Positions 37,140 through 49,315 of a stretch of 64,000 nucleotides of DNA are shown piece by piece. Source of the DNA: Blepharisma stoltei ATCC 30299. Its lineage: Eukaryota; Protista; Ciliophora. Below the pieces are notes generated by a model. The model was not told the origin of the DNA. It saw nothing but the letters and a program-made list of their open reading frames with translations, and searched no databases. Both the position numbers and the translations under genes were made by a program. The stretch is from contig CBFDEM010000052.1 in assembly GCA_965603825.1 (NCBI GenBank), positions 62,001 through 126,000 on the forward strand, in the 5' to 3' direction. Every line of letters starts with the position of its first letter. Positions within the stretch are counted from its first letter, which is position 1.

Positions 37140-37690
37140 AAAATCCTCTGTATTAATAAATTTTTCTTATGCTCTTACTTATTTATTTTTATTAATATAA
37201 AAGGCCAATATAAAATTCCAAGATTTTTGGAGGCAAGACCTCAAGCCTTAACTAATAGATAATAAAGACAGCCAAAGAATTTTTTCAGATTCTATGAGAT
37301 TAAGCTAGCATAAGGCGATCATGCTGAAAATAAATTTTAAGGTTGTAAGCCCTTATAAATGTAATGATTCTGAGATAACAAATGCTGATTATTGTGAATA
37401 AACCCAGGTAAATAGCAGTAAATTTGAATTTACCTTTTTTTAGTGACGATAGTGAGTGTAAATAAAAGAGATTTTATCGTGAAAAAGCTTAGAGATAAAT
37501 GAATATTCTGCTCAGTTTCATTTGATACCTTTCTATCACTGATAAAAACATAAAATATGTTAGCAAAAAAGTATCTATAGCATATGCCAGGAGTGTCCCT
37601 TTCCAACACATAATAAAACATCAAAAAATTAATATTGCTTCATTAAGTTATGCATCAATCCCATCTTACATACAAATGCACATTTTTGTA
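37140..37690 (-). pseudogene. Decayed fragment of the receptor gene 3' region
   Basis: Track ORF 37430-37624 contains SNETEQNIHLSLSFFTIKSLLFTLTIVTKK, versus SNEAEQNIHLSPSFLTIKSLLFTLTIVIKK in the receptor. Confidence 0.9.
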
Positions 37691-37884
37691 AAATAATTTC
37701 AAATAAATGCTTAAATCATAAGCCGAACAAGAATATTTGTTAATAATTTATGCACATCTAAGAAATTTTATTCTTCTGTCATTATACGACTTATCTGAGA
37801 TATAGAAAATGGCCCAAAAGCCTTAATGAAACTTCTTGCAATTTTCATAGTATAAAATTGTTGAATTTTTAATAGTCATTTTTT

Positions 37885-40800
37885 ATGTCAATTGAATGCA
37901 CTCCTCTATCTCAAGAATTTTGAATGCCAGACAGCTCAGCAAAATCTTGCTTTAAATGTGATAGACCATTTACCCTTTTCCGTCGACGTCATCATTGTCG
38001 TTTCTGTGGGTTCATTTTTTGTTCTTCATGCTCATATCGAAAAGCTAAATTGCCAAGTGGTTTTACAGTAGATCGAATTTGTGAGCATTGCTTATCTTTA
38101 TTTACACCCTATCCTAATTTATCACACACAACATTCAGTGGGGCTGTTGAAGGATCTTATATTAGCACAACTTCTGTTGTAATCGGAGATGGTCCTTCAC
38201 AAATTGAAGCGGCTCGGGAAATTTATGATTCTTCAAAGCTCATTCAGAGCGAGGAATTTAACTCAATAGAAAAAGTGTCTGAAATGCTGCAGGAATTTCA
38301 AAATAGAGATATCATGTTTGATTCTTACACTAAAGAATTTTTAGATGCTAGAGCAAAAACTTTATTTAAATCCCATCAGATTCCCGAAGAATTGCATAGT
38401 AAAATCATAGGATTTATCGTAGAAATTGTAAACACAATTTGTCCATCTGTAAGGTACAGAAATGATCAACAAGACATAAATAAATATTTTAGAATTGTGA
38501 AATTTGAATGAAATGATTTTAGTGCAAGTGAGTTTGTGAATGGGGTGGTATTTAAAAAGAACGTAGCTCACAAAAAAATGGAAAAAGAATTGATAAACCC
38601 AAGGATTTTATTTTTGCAAGAGGCTTCTGATTTTTATGCGAGGGATAGAAACATTGTGTCTATGGACAAGCTAATTGACCAAGAAGCTTCATATACAAAA
38701 ATTTTTATCAAAAAACTGATGAAAATCAAGCCAAATATAGTTATTTTAGGAAAGGGGCTCCCAAATGCAATTTTAAATGAATTGTCAAGGCTTAATATTA
38801 CAGCATTTATTAACGTAAAACCCAAAATAATGGTTCAGCTATCAAGAGCAACGAAAGGAAAAATCCTAGACCACGTTGACCAAGCTACAAGGATCACAAA
38901 TTACATCGGTACATGTGGCGAATTTTTCCCAAAAACAGTCGGAAATAAAGCCTATGCATTTTTCAAGGACCCAATAGACACCTCATTAGTCGGAAGTCTC
39001 TTAATTTCTGGGCCAGATCCTTCAGATCTCAGCAAAATCGGGACAGTTATCCGGAAACTTTTACTGGAATATAGAAATTCTGTCCTAGAAAAACAGTTTT
39101 TTATCCAATCCGGCATAAAACCTATCCCTGACATGGCTTTAAAATTCAACGATTTATTTATGAATTATACTTATCTTGTAACCTGTGGGTATAATTTATG
39201 TAAAAAACCAGCAGAAAACAGTGTAAACTTTTACCAAGAAAATGATAAAGCAATTGGTGATTTTTTATTATCATTTATTCAGCAATCAGAAAGAAATTGC
39301 GACTCTGACTGTGGGTCGAAATTAATTTCGCACAATTTTTACTTCATAAAAAGCATGGGAAGAATCAAAATAAATTTCACTAAAAAGCTTGACTCAAAAT
39401 CGTCCACTTCAAATGATATTTGTATAGAAAAAGAATGCACAGCCTGCTGCAAACAAGGAGGAAAATGCATTTTACTATCAAAATCTAGCTGGGAGTATAG
39501 CTTTTATAAGTACCTTAACAATTTTTTCACCAATATAGACGTGATCCACAAAAATGCGTGCCACCATGATTTTTTCAAGCTTGGAAAATTCATTTTTTAT
39601 AGCAAAGGCTTCAAGGTGTATATCCAATGGGAAGAAAACCCAATTTATGACTTAATTCCTGCATCCAGCTCAAAAGACCTGACGAGATTTTATCTAAACG
39701 CTACCAGAGAAACCTTTGAAGAACTCAAAACAAATGGTGGAGACGTGCTAAATGATATGCTTAAATCCTGCTCAGAAATGGCTGAGAGATTAAACGGTGA
39801 AGGAATCCTTGAAGAAACAGAAAAATACGCTAAATGGGAGCCGCTAAAAGAAGAAATCGAAAAAATCAAAGAACAAATAGCTGCATCACTAGTAAAATTA
39901 TGTGAGCTCAAGCCTGAGGATTTTCAAAATTTTTTAGAAGTAGAAACTTTTCGAAGAAATATTTTTTTACAATGCTGCAATATAAAAGTCCAAATCCAAA
40001 ATTGGTCTACAAATTTCAAAAGGCTGAAAGTTGGGTCAAGCTTAATTATAACACAAAGTGTTGTGTCAGAATCAAGCGGGTCTAGTGAAGAAAACGTAAA
40101 GTCAGTGCTTACACATAGCAGCACGGGCTATGATGAGAAACGGCAAACAAGTAATGATGAAACCTTTTTTAACCAGACAAGAGGCAGACAAGTGACTCTT
40201 GATGATAGGGACTTGTTTTCGACATCTCCGAATAGCTCGATTGTGGCTAAGCCATTTGATGCGATTTCTAAAGAAGATGAATTTTTGCAGACAGGACATT
40301 TTACATGCCTCAAAAGTGGAAATTTGACTTTGCCAGTAGGGCATGGAGGAGTCTGTGTGCCAGCATATGAAAAAAATCCGTTGACAATAATAGCATATGC
40401 TTTGAATTCTAATAAATATTATGAAGAAATCATAGAACCAAGCAAAATATATGATGGGAATATCACAAATACTCTTGAAGCTAATTTATTATCACAAGAA
40501 GAGCAGCATTTCCAAATTCAAGCTTCTACTTATGAAGACGAGAGCTTTGAAAGCATTGACAAAGAAGAAATCAGAAGACTATACGGCTATCACATAACCT
40601 TTAACATCACAATTTTCTTCGCAAAACAATTCCAAGCAATGAGGACATTTTTATACGGTGAGCATGAAAATTTTATTTTATCAATTGCAAGGAATCTTGA
40701 AAAAGAAAGCTCACTAGGCAAAAGTAAAGCATCATTCACAAAATCTCATAATAAAAAGTATATTATGAAAATCGTCGAAGAAAAAGAATTTCATATGTTT

Positions 40801-41391
40801 ATTGACCTCGTGCCTACATATTTCAAGCATATCAGCAAAAATCTCTTCCATTCTCAGCCTTCAAGGATCGTAAGAACTATTGGCGCTTTTAAAATATCCA
40901 TAAAAAATCACACCACAAATAAAAACCGCACACAATGGGCTTTATTGATGGAGAATTTGGAATTTAATATGCCTTTTGACGTGTATACTTATGATTTAAA
41001 AGGCTCTTCAAACAGTAGAAGATACGTAAAAGAAGGGCAAAAAAGGACCAAAATGGATTTGAATTTTTTAGAAGATATGAAAGGGATTCCTATAACTATT
41101 TCAAAAGAAGCCAAAAAAGTGTTTGACGAAGCTGTTTGGAAAGATACTCATTTTCTATTTAAACAGAATGTGATCGATTATTCTTTATTAGTAATAATCT
41201 CACATCAGCAGCGAAAAGTCGCTGTAGGGATCATAGACTATATAGAAAAATACACCCTGGAAAAAGTTATCGAAAATAAATGTAAGTCAGTCGTCCAAAG
41301 TAAGCCGCCGACTATCACACATCCAAGCTCGTATAAGGACAGATTTCGAGCTCAGCTTACACAGAGTTATTTTATGTCTATTGAGGAATAA
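37885..41391 (+). CDS. FAB1: 1-phosphatidylinositol-3-phosphate 5-kinase FAB1/PIKfyve (1168 aa)
   Basis: ATG 37885. FYVE domain FW(TGA)[19 protein letters not shown]. Chaperonin-like [17 protein letters not shown] motifs GKSKASF, LMENL, YDLKGS, DYSLL, GIIDYI..YT, PT...P..YKDRF. Confidence 0.95.
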
Positions 41392-41496
41392 GAATGTAAT
41401 AAAATTAATCAGCATTTTAAGCATTTCTCATGTGATTTATTTTTTAATAAAATAAAGGTAAATTTTACATAAAAAATCATATAAAATTTCTTATTA

Positions 41497-42321
41497 ATGG
41501 ATTTTAAAGAAAAAGGAAGCAAAGATGTGAGTTTTAAACACCCCAAAATGAAGCTTCTAGCACTGCATATGGATCAAAGTATAAGCATTAAGCTCAAAAG
41601 TTTATATAGCAGCAAAGGAAAAAGGCCGAATTGTCAGTCTCCTATTAATGTATCATTTAGAAAATCCGTTTCTCCAACTTCGAGGAAAATAAGCAACGCG
41701 AGGGTTACTATGGCAGAGCCTTTTATCCACCATAAAAAATCGTTTACTATGATTAATGTAGAAGATTCAAATAAGCCGACATTAAGGAGAAACCATCATT
41801 TGAATCTTTCTGCGAGGAGTTCACTTTTTGATGAACTTGATGATATAAATGCAATGAAAACCCCATCAACAGTTAAAGAAGACCCAAATCCAGAGCACAA
41901 TGTATTAGACGAAAGCTTGGCTAATTATTATTCTCAAGATCCCTCAGTAGTAAACTCATACTCTTCTACAACACCTATTCATTTCTTATTTGCCCTTGAA
42001 ACCCCATCATATAGCTCACGTGTAAGTCCTATTGAAAGAAGAAACCAATTTTATAGCAAAGCTAACAATGTCTTAAACCCGAAACGAAGTGATACCCCAA
42101 CAATTCCGACAAAAAAAGACCCTGAAGAAAAACAACAATTTTTACCTGAAATCAAGCTAAAAAAACAGAAAGCTTTTAATGTAGATACAAAAAGAGCTTA
42201 TAATAAATCTGTAAGCCCACACGCAATGGTCCACAAAATCAAAGCCCGAAGAAACGAAATTTCAAGAAAGCGCCCACAAGCAATAACACCTTTTCCAGGC
42301 AGAACCTTTAAGCTGAATTAG
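41497..42321 (+). CDS. Basic S/P/K-rich, probably disordered protein (274 aa)
   Basis: ATG-TAG ORF. Confidence 0.75.
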   Translation: MDFKEKGSKDVSFKHPKMKLLALHMDQSISIKLKSLYSSKGKRPNCQSPINVSFRKSVSPTSRKISNARVTMAEPFIHHKKSFTMINVEDSNKPTLRRNHHLNLSARSSLFDELDDINAMKTPSTVKEDPNPEHNVLDESLANYYSQDPSVVNSYSSTTPIHFLFALETPSYSSRVSPIERRNQFYSKANNVLNPKRSDTPTIPTKKDPEEKQQFLPEIKLKKQKAFNVDTKRAYNKSVSPHAMVHKIKARRNEISRKRPQAITPFPGRTFKLN

Positions 42322-42420
42322 GATACACCAAGCAAAAGCTTTGTTTACCTATAAATAACTATAATTTGAGTAAATTATTCATTTTTAAATGGCATTTTAA
42401 TTAACTTAAGTTAAAATAAC

Positions 42421-43362
42421 TTAATTGCTGGGATATATTAAAGAAGCAAATAATAAACTATATACAAATCCTCGTAATTTCATATCTGAATCCAACTGTC
42501 GCATTTTTTCAAGATAAGTCAAAGGAATTGCAATGTTTTTTTGCAAGATTCAAGGGTGGGCTAAGACTTGGCCTGCAGTATATCTCTCTATAGGGGGAAT
42601 TTTCATTAATTTTAAAAATAAATTTTGGGCTAGAGGGGAAAAGTTTTTGGGGAAAACTCATTTGGGATTTTGAAGTTTGGCGAAATAGGAATCTTTGGTG
42701 TCTTTTTGTCGGTAGAGTGGGTGTTTTCCTTTGCAGAGGAGCTTGAACATAATGATTCCGCAGCTCCAAATGTCGACTTCTTTGTTATAATTTTTTCCAG
42801 CTGCCAATTCAGGTGCCATATAAATGACAGTCCCACACTTTTCATCAGTTCTGCTGAAAATCCCCAACTGTGTGCATAGCCCAAAATCCGCCACTTTTAC
42901 CGTCGTCAAATCCTTAGGATTTGAAATCAGTATATTCGCTGGCTTTAAATCTCTATGAACAATTCCGCGGTTATGCAAATACTCCACAGCTCTAAAAATC
43001 CCAGTCATGATCTTTGCAGCTTTGGACTCAGAAATGGTTTTATTCTGTATTAAATCTGAAAGATTTCCTCCTCGAATGTATTCCATTCCGATAAAAATCC
43101 TATTATCACTTTCCCTGACATGTAAAAATTTTACAATGTTAGGATGGTCTAGACTAGACAAAATTTCGCTTTCAAACCGAAGAGCCGAGAGGACTTCATC
43201 TGAATACGAACTCTTTTTGATAATTTTTACAGCACATGTGATTCCTGTGTACTTATCAATGGCTTTTACGACTTTTCCGAAAGAACCTTTGCCGATCGTT
43301 CTGATATAGGTGTAGAAAGAACTGAATTTGTCGTGGTAGTCTCCAGAATCGAATTCTTCCAT
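42421..43362 (-). CDS. CAMK-group Ser/Thr protein kinase (313 aa)
   Basis: IGKGSFGKV, AVK, HRDLKPANIL, DFG, CGTVIYMAPE, DIWSCG. Continues past TGA 42658 to ERYTAGQVLAHPW (W=TGA 42550); TAA at 42421. Confidence 0.93.
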
Positions 43363-43784
43363 TTTAAGGTTAGATTTATAACAGATACATTGATAATAGT
43401 AAGGATTTGAGAAACTGTAAGTGAATTTCTAATGCAAATGGATTATTATAAATATTTAACGAATTTAGAGACCTATAAAATAAAGATTTTTTGATTTTCG
43501 TAATTGTTAAGTTGAAGATGAAACTTGTGTATATTATTTGATAAAGCATTAGAATAATAAGTTTTCGTAGGCTTTGATAGGACCTTTAGACTGAAAAAGA
43601 ATTCAATTTTATAAATAAAATAATTATGATAAAATTTCTTTAGCTATTTTTCTCCAAAACTTAATGTGTAAAATAAAGATAAATATTTACAATTTCTTGT
43701 TTTCTATCAAATTTTTTACAAGAAGTTCGTTAAAATATTTCATTTGGATAAAAAATCTTTAAATTCATTTTTATAAATAAAAAG

Positions 43785-43857
43785 TACAACCGGTGGGAAT
43801 TGAACCCACGACCTTCTGCGTGTTAGGCAGATGTGATAACCACTACACTACGATTGC
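43785..43857 (-). tRNA. tRNA-Val(AAC)
   Basis: 73-nt cloverleaf GCAATCG..TCTGC-CT-AAC-AC-GCAGA..GGTTCAATT..CGGTTGTA, followed by a T-run. Confidence 0.97.
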
Positions 43858-44393
43858 TCTGGGTTTATAGTCTTCTTGTTTATTAAATATCAATAATATT
43901 TGCCCGATGGCTAAGTTTAGACAACTTGAAAGCAAAGTACTCATTTTCAATTGTTTCATTAATTTTAATAACTTCTCTATTCTGGTAATTCAAAAGTAAA
44001 GTTTAATCGATGCCAACGATTAGTCTCAATATTAAATTCAATTTATATCTTATAGCTTAGCATATAATCATAGATTTAATTAATTACTTCTTTATCTAAT
44101 ATTCAGCGCTAATTAATTTTTGTATTAAATTTTATTTGTCTTATAAAAATCTTTATTTCCGTTTAGATCATAAAGCAGCACAATAATTGCTATAAAAATA
44201 GCATTGTATATAAAATTTGATATAAATTATTAATTTGAATAAGCTACTGCTCATATTTATCTTCTACAAGCTACCAAATCTACTAATAATAATTAAATAT
44301 AAACCCCTATTAAAAAATGCTAATCTATTCCTTAAACCATTATCTAAAACATCAAAATCAATTGTAATAACTATTAGATAATTACATTAACAA

Positions 44394-45248
44394 TTATCCA
44401 CTTTTCTTCTCATCATTTTCAAGGATCCCAAATAAATTTGAATTGAATCCTTCGCTCATCGAATTATTTTCTTCCTCTAGTCGATTCTGAATATTTTCAT
44501 TTTTTTCATAATTTGAAGCTTCAGAATTTTCTTCTTTTACTTGCAATTTTTTATTTTCTTCTTTATTTGAATCATGACTATAGGGAGGCGAAATTTGTAA
44601 AATTTCATCAACATAGTAATTGTAATCCACAGCTTTTGAGTCTCCTGGAACTCCCACTAACTTGCTTAGGTCTCGAAATTTACAGTTAATTTCTTTTGCG
44701 TTTATATTTAATAGAGTCCTATATGGCTCTATTCACACCTGATAATCTTCAATAAAGCTTTGATTTTTTGACAGCAAATAAGTCTTATAAGGTGACATGT
44801 CTTCGTTTAGGTAGCTTTTTACTGCGTATGCAGTATATAGCAAAGTATTCAGCAGTGGAAAAGTGGGGTCTCTTAAAGGAAATTTATCAAGGACAAGCGC
44901 CCATGATACAACTTCAAGCTCATTCATAGCCAATTCTTGAAGAATATCATTAAGCATCCTTAGCAAGGGCTGAGAGCTGAAATCGCCTGAGGATGAAAGG
45001 TTATTTGCGATTCTTCTGATTAATAATTGGCTTTGCTGAGAGACGCCGCTATTGACGAAGCAGGTGCGTATGCTATTATAACTCTCTAGATGCTCGTTTT
45101 GGTGTTTGGGTTTTTCAAGAGGCTTATCTTTTGAATTTATTGGTAATTGCTGAGACTCTTTCATATCGGACTCTAATTTTAGTTTTTTTTCCGGTTGTTT
45201 CGGAGGACGTCCACGTCTGCCTCTTTTTTTGACTTCTGGTTCTGACAT
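44394..45248 (-). CDS. Putative nuclear protein with N-terminal AT-hook-like motif (284 aa)
   Basis: KKRGRRGRPPKQ; two track ORFs in frame via TGA 44733. Confidence 0.8.
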
Positions 45249-45966
45249 TTATATTTAGATTATGGCTAATAATCATGAGTTTTCCAAAGGTCGTCTTAAA
45301 TATGTTTTGAAATTGTATAAATATTAAACATAAGCAGTTTTTGGATTAAAAATAATAATTATGGGTTTTTATAGATTATTTAGGCTTTAAATATTTTTTT
45401 GGCAAAATTTTAGGGTCTGTGGCCAGAATAATTGAATAAATTCGATTAATTTTGAAAAATAAAAGTAGAGATGGCGAAAGCAACCATTTAGTGATTTTTG
45501 GTAGACAGAATGGGTATAGTTATAAATGCAAATAAAAAAGCCAAATATATTTTATCAATACTTTTAATTTATAATCAATTTATTCAATTATTTTAGTAAA
45601 TGGTAATATTTCATTGTCTATTGTTCATTGATTTTTATAGTAATTCTGATGAGTCTTGCGCGTCAATGCTTAAGTTTAAGTTTTCTGAAGATGGTTGAAG
45701 ATTTATTGGTTTTTAGTATATTTGCAATAGATATTATACCAAATTAAACAAAATATTAATTTCAGGTGAGCCAATTTTATTTTTATAGCTTCAGATTTGA
45801 ATTAATGGCTTCATTTATTTGAGCAATCTTCAGGTGCCAGAAAATTAAATTTCAAGCTATTATGCAAAATATATAAAACAGAGATTAAAAGCGATATTAA
45901 GCCATTTTATAAATTTAGAGAAGAAATCATTGGGTATTTTGGCTTTAACTTAAAATTTCTCTGTCT

Positions 45967-46866
45967 TTAGATTCTAAAATCATCCCTAATATGGAAAACT
46001 TGAGAATGTCTTGGATTTTTAAACGCATTCTTGTTCTTCCAGCTCCTTTCTTTTTTATCTGCATCCGCTAGCTTTTCTTCTCTTACTCTTTCCTCTCCTT
46101 CTCCTTCTGTCTTGTCGCTTAAATCTTTTTCTGCCTCCTTATTGAAGCCTTCTTCCAGTTCTTCTCTCATCTCTTCTTCTGCCTCTCTCTTTTCTTCCAG
46201 TCCTTGTTGTTGATCTATATCAAGCTCTTTTTCTTCCACTTCTTCTCCTTCCTCTCTTTCAAAATTTCCTGTTTCTTCTCCTTCTTCAATTTCTCCTTCT
46301 TCAATTTCTCCATCTGCTCTTTCGTTAATTTGTTTTTCTTCAATTTTTTCTGCTGTTTCTCTTTTAAATTGTCCTTCTTCTGCATCTGCTACTTCTCTTT
46401 CAAATTCTCCTTCTTCTTCTTCTTCTTCACCTTTCCCCTTATCTTCCTCCCATCCTGCATATTCTTTAAAATCCTTAACTTCGTCCTTAGGCCCCAACTG
46501 GCTTTGCTCATCCCAATGATTTCTACGATCTGAAGCATTAGATTCATCCAATTCTGCCTTAAGTGCTGTTCCATTAATCTCATACCCATTCACATGCTTC
46601 AAAGCATTCCGTGCATCAAGCAAATCTTGGAATTCTACCTCACATCTTTCATTAAGAATTCTAATTGACTCAGCTTGAGGCATTAATTCCCTAAGCATGC
46701 TTGTAGTAGCTTTTTTCGGCACATTGTAAATAATGATCTTATTGCTGTCTTGTTCAACTTCAGATTCTGAAAAAAATTCGCTGAATTCCTTTGGAAATAC
46801 TAAGTCTTCACAAAGCGCTTCTACCCTCGAATTTATCTTAATAGAGCGAAAAAGGCATCTCCACAT
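45967..46866 (-). CDS. RRM-domain protein with long acidic tail (299 aa)
   Basis: KIIIYNVPK..CEVEFQDLLDARNALKHVNGYEINGTALKAE is RRM-like. The Arg-rich N-terminus could be a mitochondrial presequence. Glu-rich tail. Confidence 0.8.
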   Translation of the reverse strand: MWRCLFRSIKINSRVEALCEDLVFPKEFSEFFSESEVEQDSNKIIIYNVPKKATTSMLRELMPQAESIRILNERCEVEFQDLLDARNALKHVNGYEINGTALKAELDESNASDRRNHWDEQSQLGPKDEVKDFKEYAGWEEDKGKGEEEEEEGEFEREVADAEEGQFKRETAEKIEEKQINERADGEIEEGEIEEGEETGNFEREEGEEVEEKELDIDQQQGLEEKREAEEEMREELEEGFNKEAEKDLSDKTEGEGEERVREEKLADADKKERSWKNKNAFKNPRHSQVFHIRDDFRI

Positions 46867-46920
46867 ATTTAATTATGAGAAAGTTGATTTGCGATTACTG
46901 TAATGATTAAGCAAAAATAT

Positions 46921-47106
46921 TTATCGTATTATTTCTTGTTTAGTGCTCGGTAAAGTGTCACAGAAGCTAGGTAAAGGGAGAAGGGAGGGGTCTGGAGATT
47001 TCAGCCATTTGGCGTTGAAGAAGCAATTTCGCCTGTCGTTTTCGCTTTCACTTGTGGAGGCTGACCATGTGCCGCTGCCATTGCGTCGTTTTGGGTACTT
47101 GTACAT
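46921..47106 (-). CDS. Small protein with PNRC/Edc1-like proline-rich motif (61 aa)
   Basis: FFNAKWLKSPDPSLLPLPSF; GC-richer than its flanks; ATG-TAA. Confidence 0.65.
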   Translation of the reverse strand: MYKYPKRRNGSGTWSASTSESENDRRNCFFNAKWLKSPDPSLLPLPSFCDTLPSTKQEIIR

Positions 47107-47270
47107 ATATTCACCTTTTTCTAGCTTAATATTTATAATTATGATTTAATCCATTAAAATTTATTAAGTTTTATAATGTTAAAAGTCTCTCCAAGCTCTA
47201 AAAGTGACAAAAGTAAAAGCACACAGCAAATATCATCCTATAAATAAAAAATTAGAGATATTTTAATAGC

Positions 47271-49088
47271 TTAGTCTATTTTGAAAATAATCCTTTCTAA
47301 CTTATCTACAACATTATGCAATTGCTTTGTGTGAAAATTCCCTCCCAGCTTTGCAACACAATGTAAAGCGTATATATACTCTGATGGGTATTGCTTTTCA
47401 GCTTTTTTTTTCTTCTGGACAATAAAATCGCAGCATGGCAGTGGATATTCTGGATTTTCTGAAAAATGATGCTGAATTTCTTCTTTTAAAAATGAATTGC
47501 ATAGTGATTTAGGCTTTTCTAAGACTTTTATAGGAAAATAATTCTTTCCTTCACTTTTTATGCTTTTTACCTCCAACACAGGGTTTGGCTTGTAATCCAG
47601 CGCTAGCTGTAAATGTGAATAATAATTTTGTAAATTTTCTTCAGTTAAATTAAAAACTTGATTTGCATGAGTTTTCTCATTTATTTCATCCTGCCACAGC
47701 ATAAACAGCCTTTGCAAGCTTGGAAAGCTGCTTATTTTTCGGGCTAACTCATCTTGGTTTTCCTTCATTTTTTCAGCTGTATTTGCGTCAAAAGCGTCAC
47801 TGCTGTCTTTATAAACTTCTATAGAGTAAGGCAGATCATTTAGCCCATATATCAATTTGATAACTAAAAATACGCATCCTGCTATAAGGACTTCCTGTAT
47901 AAATTATACTGCTAATGTATGGATAAAGCACTCTGTATTGAATTCTTCTGAAAACTTTTTATATAGTTTATAGGATAATTGAGAAAACTCTGAAGGAAGA
48001 CTCAGCCTTTTGCATTCAGCTATAGCAAGATTGAACGCAAAGGTGTCATATGATCTGAAAGTTGAGATTACATCAACATCGTATTTTTGCTGGTATTCAA
48101 TTAGAGTTAGTCGAATTCAGTGCTCACTTGGAAGGCTGAGAGGGCGGAATAATGAACAAAATTTTTCTGGAATATCTAATTCCTGGTATGATGTAAAATA
48201 TGGTAAAGTCCCATCATAAGCAGCCTCCAATATATCAGTCACAAAAACAGCTGAATTTTCAGCATAAGTATAAAGCATTGCTATATAAGCAATAATCAAA
48301 ATATTACTCAACTCTATCGGAGTTTTCAATGAAAGGCCTTTAGTTGTTGTTGAGTGCTCTTTGTTGAGCTCTTCAAAAGTTTTTACCAATTTATTTTCAA
48401 TTTTTGTTTCTTCAGCGATTTTTTCAAAAACGACTGGGTAAGATCTTTTCATTTCTTCGTAGATATAGATTAAGATACTTGCCTTATCCCTGATATTTAG
48501 CTCATTGTCAAAGTTCTTAGGGTCAAGGCGTCTTTTATTGCATTCATTTATTAAGGTTCGTGTGGAAACCCCATCAGCAAATCTGTCTGGCCGTCTTCCT
48601 TTGCGGCCTTTTCCACACACTTTTTCGATTTCCTGTCTGACTTTTTTGTCAAATAATATTTCTGTCTTTGTATATTTATTAGGCTTTTCTCGATCTCTTT
48701 TTCTTCTGTTTTTAGGCCTAACCTCTCGATTTTCTAATTTTTCTAAAATTTTTTCTCAAATTATGTTAGCATTGCTTTTGAGTTCCTGTTTGAGATTTTT
48801 GTTTTTTATTAGGGCAGTTAGCATGATTTCTATTAGCGATTTATAAGCTTGTGTATATTCAAACCATGATAATTCTATATAAAAATTACTGTAATCTGTA
48901 TCTTTTATTTTCGATGATTTTTGTGTAGCGTATTTCACTTTACGTTTAAGAGGGGTTGGAGTAGCTGAATAAAAGGTTTCATCCACTAAAGTGTTAAATC
49001 TTGGAGCTTGAGTAAAACAAATGGTGCAAACTAAATAGCCAGAAGAATGCTCAAAAAATTCTGTGTTGCGGCAATTTATGCATTCCAT
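47271..49088 (-). CDS. TAF1B: RNA polymerase I initiation factor TAF1B/Rrn7-like (600 aa), one intron
   Basis: N-terminal zinc ribbon CINC..GYLVCTIC, DILEAAYDGTLPYF, IKLIYGLND. Joined by two TGA and intron 47895-47909. Confidence 0.8.
47895..47909 (-). other. 15-nt intron GTATAATTTATACAG
   Basis: GT..AG ends, A at position 10, contains the only in-frame TAA within the gene. Confidence 0.88.
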
Positions 49089-49315
49089 CTTGATTTGCGG
49101 GTATCTTATTAGGACTAATAATCACTATGGACATTTAACTATAAAGATATTCTCTGAAATGTATATGGATTATGAAAATATAAATTTAGCTAAAAATTAA
49201 ATTTTTTATTTTATAATAAATTGTGTTCCCAAGACTTTTTTTATTATAACAGAAAATAATCATTATAGATAAGGATGGTCAGTTCATTGATTTTTTTACT
49301 TTCTTGCAATCAAAA

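Noticed and set aside
45646-45688. CTGATGA ... CTGA resembling a C/D snoRNA or hammerhead core
   Set aside because: Only about 40 nt between the boxes, no terminal stem, and no stem II plus GAAA for a hammerhead.
46030-46460. Long pyrimidine-rich TTC/CTC tract as a satellite
   Set aside because: It is the Glu-rich coding tail of the RRM protein on the minus strand.
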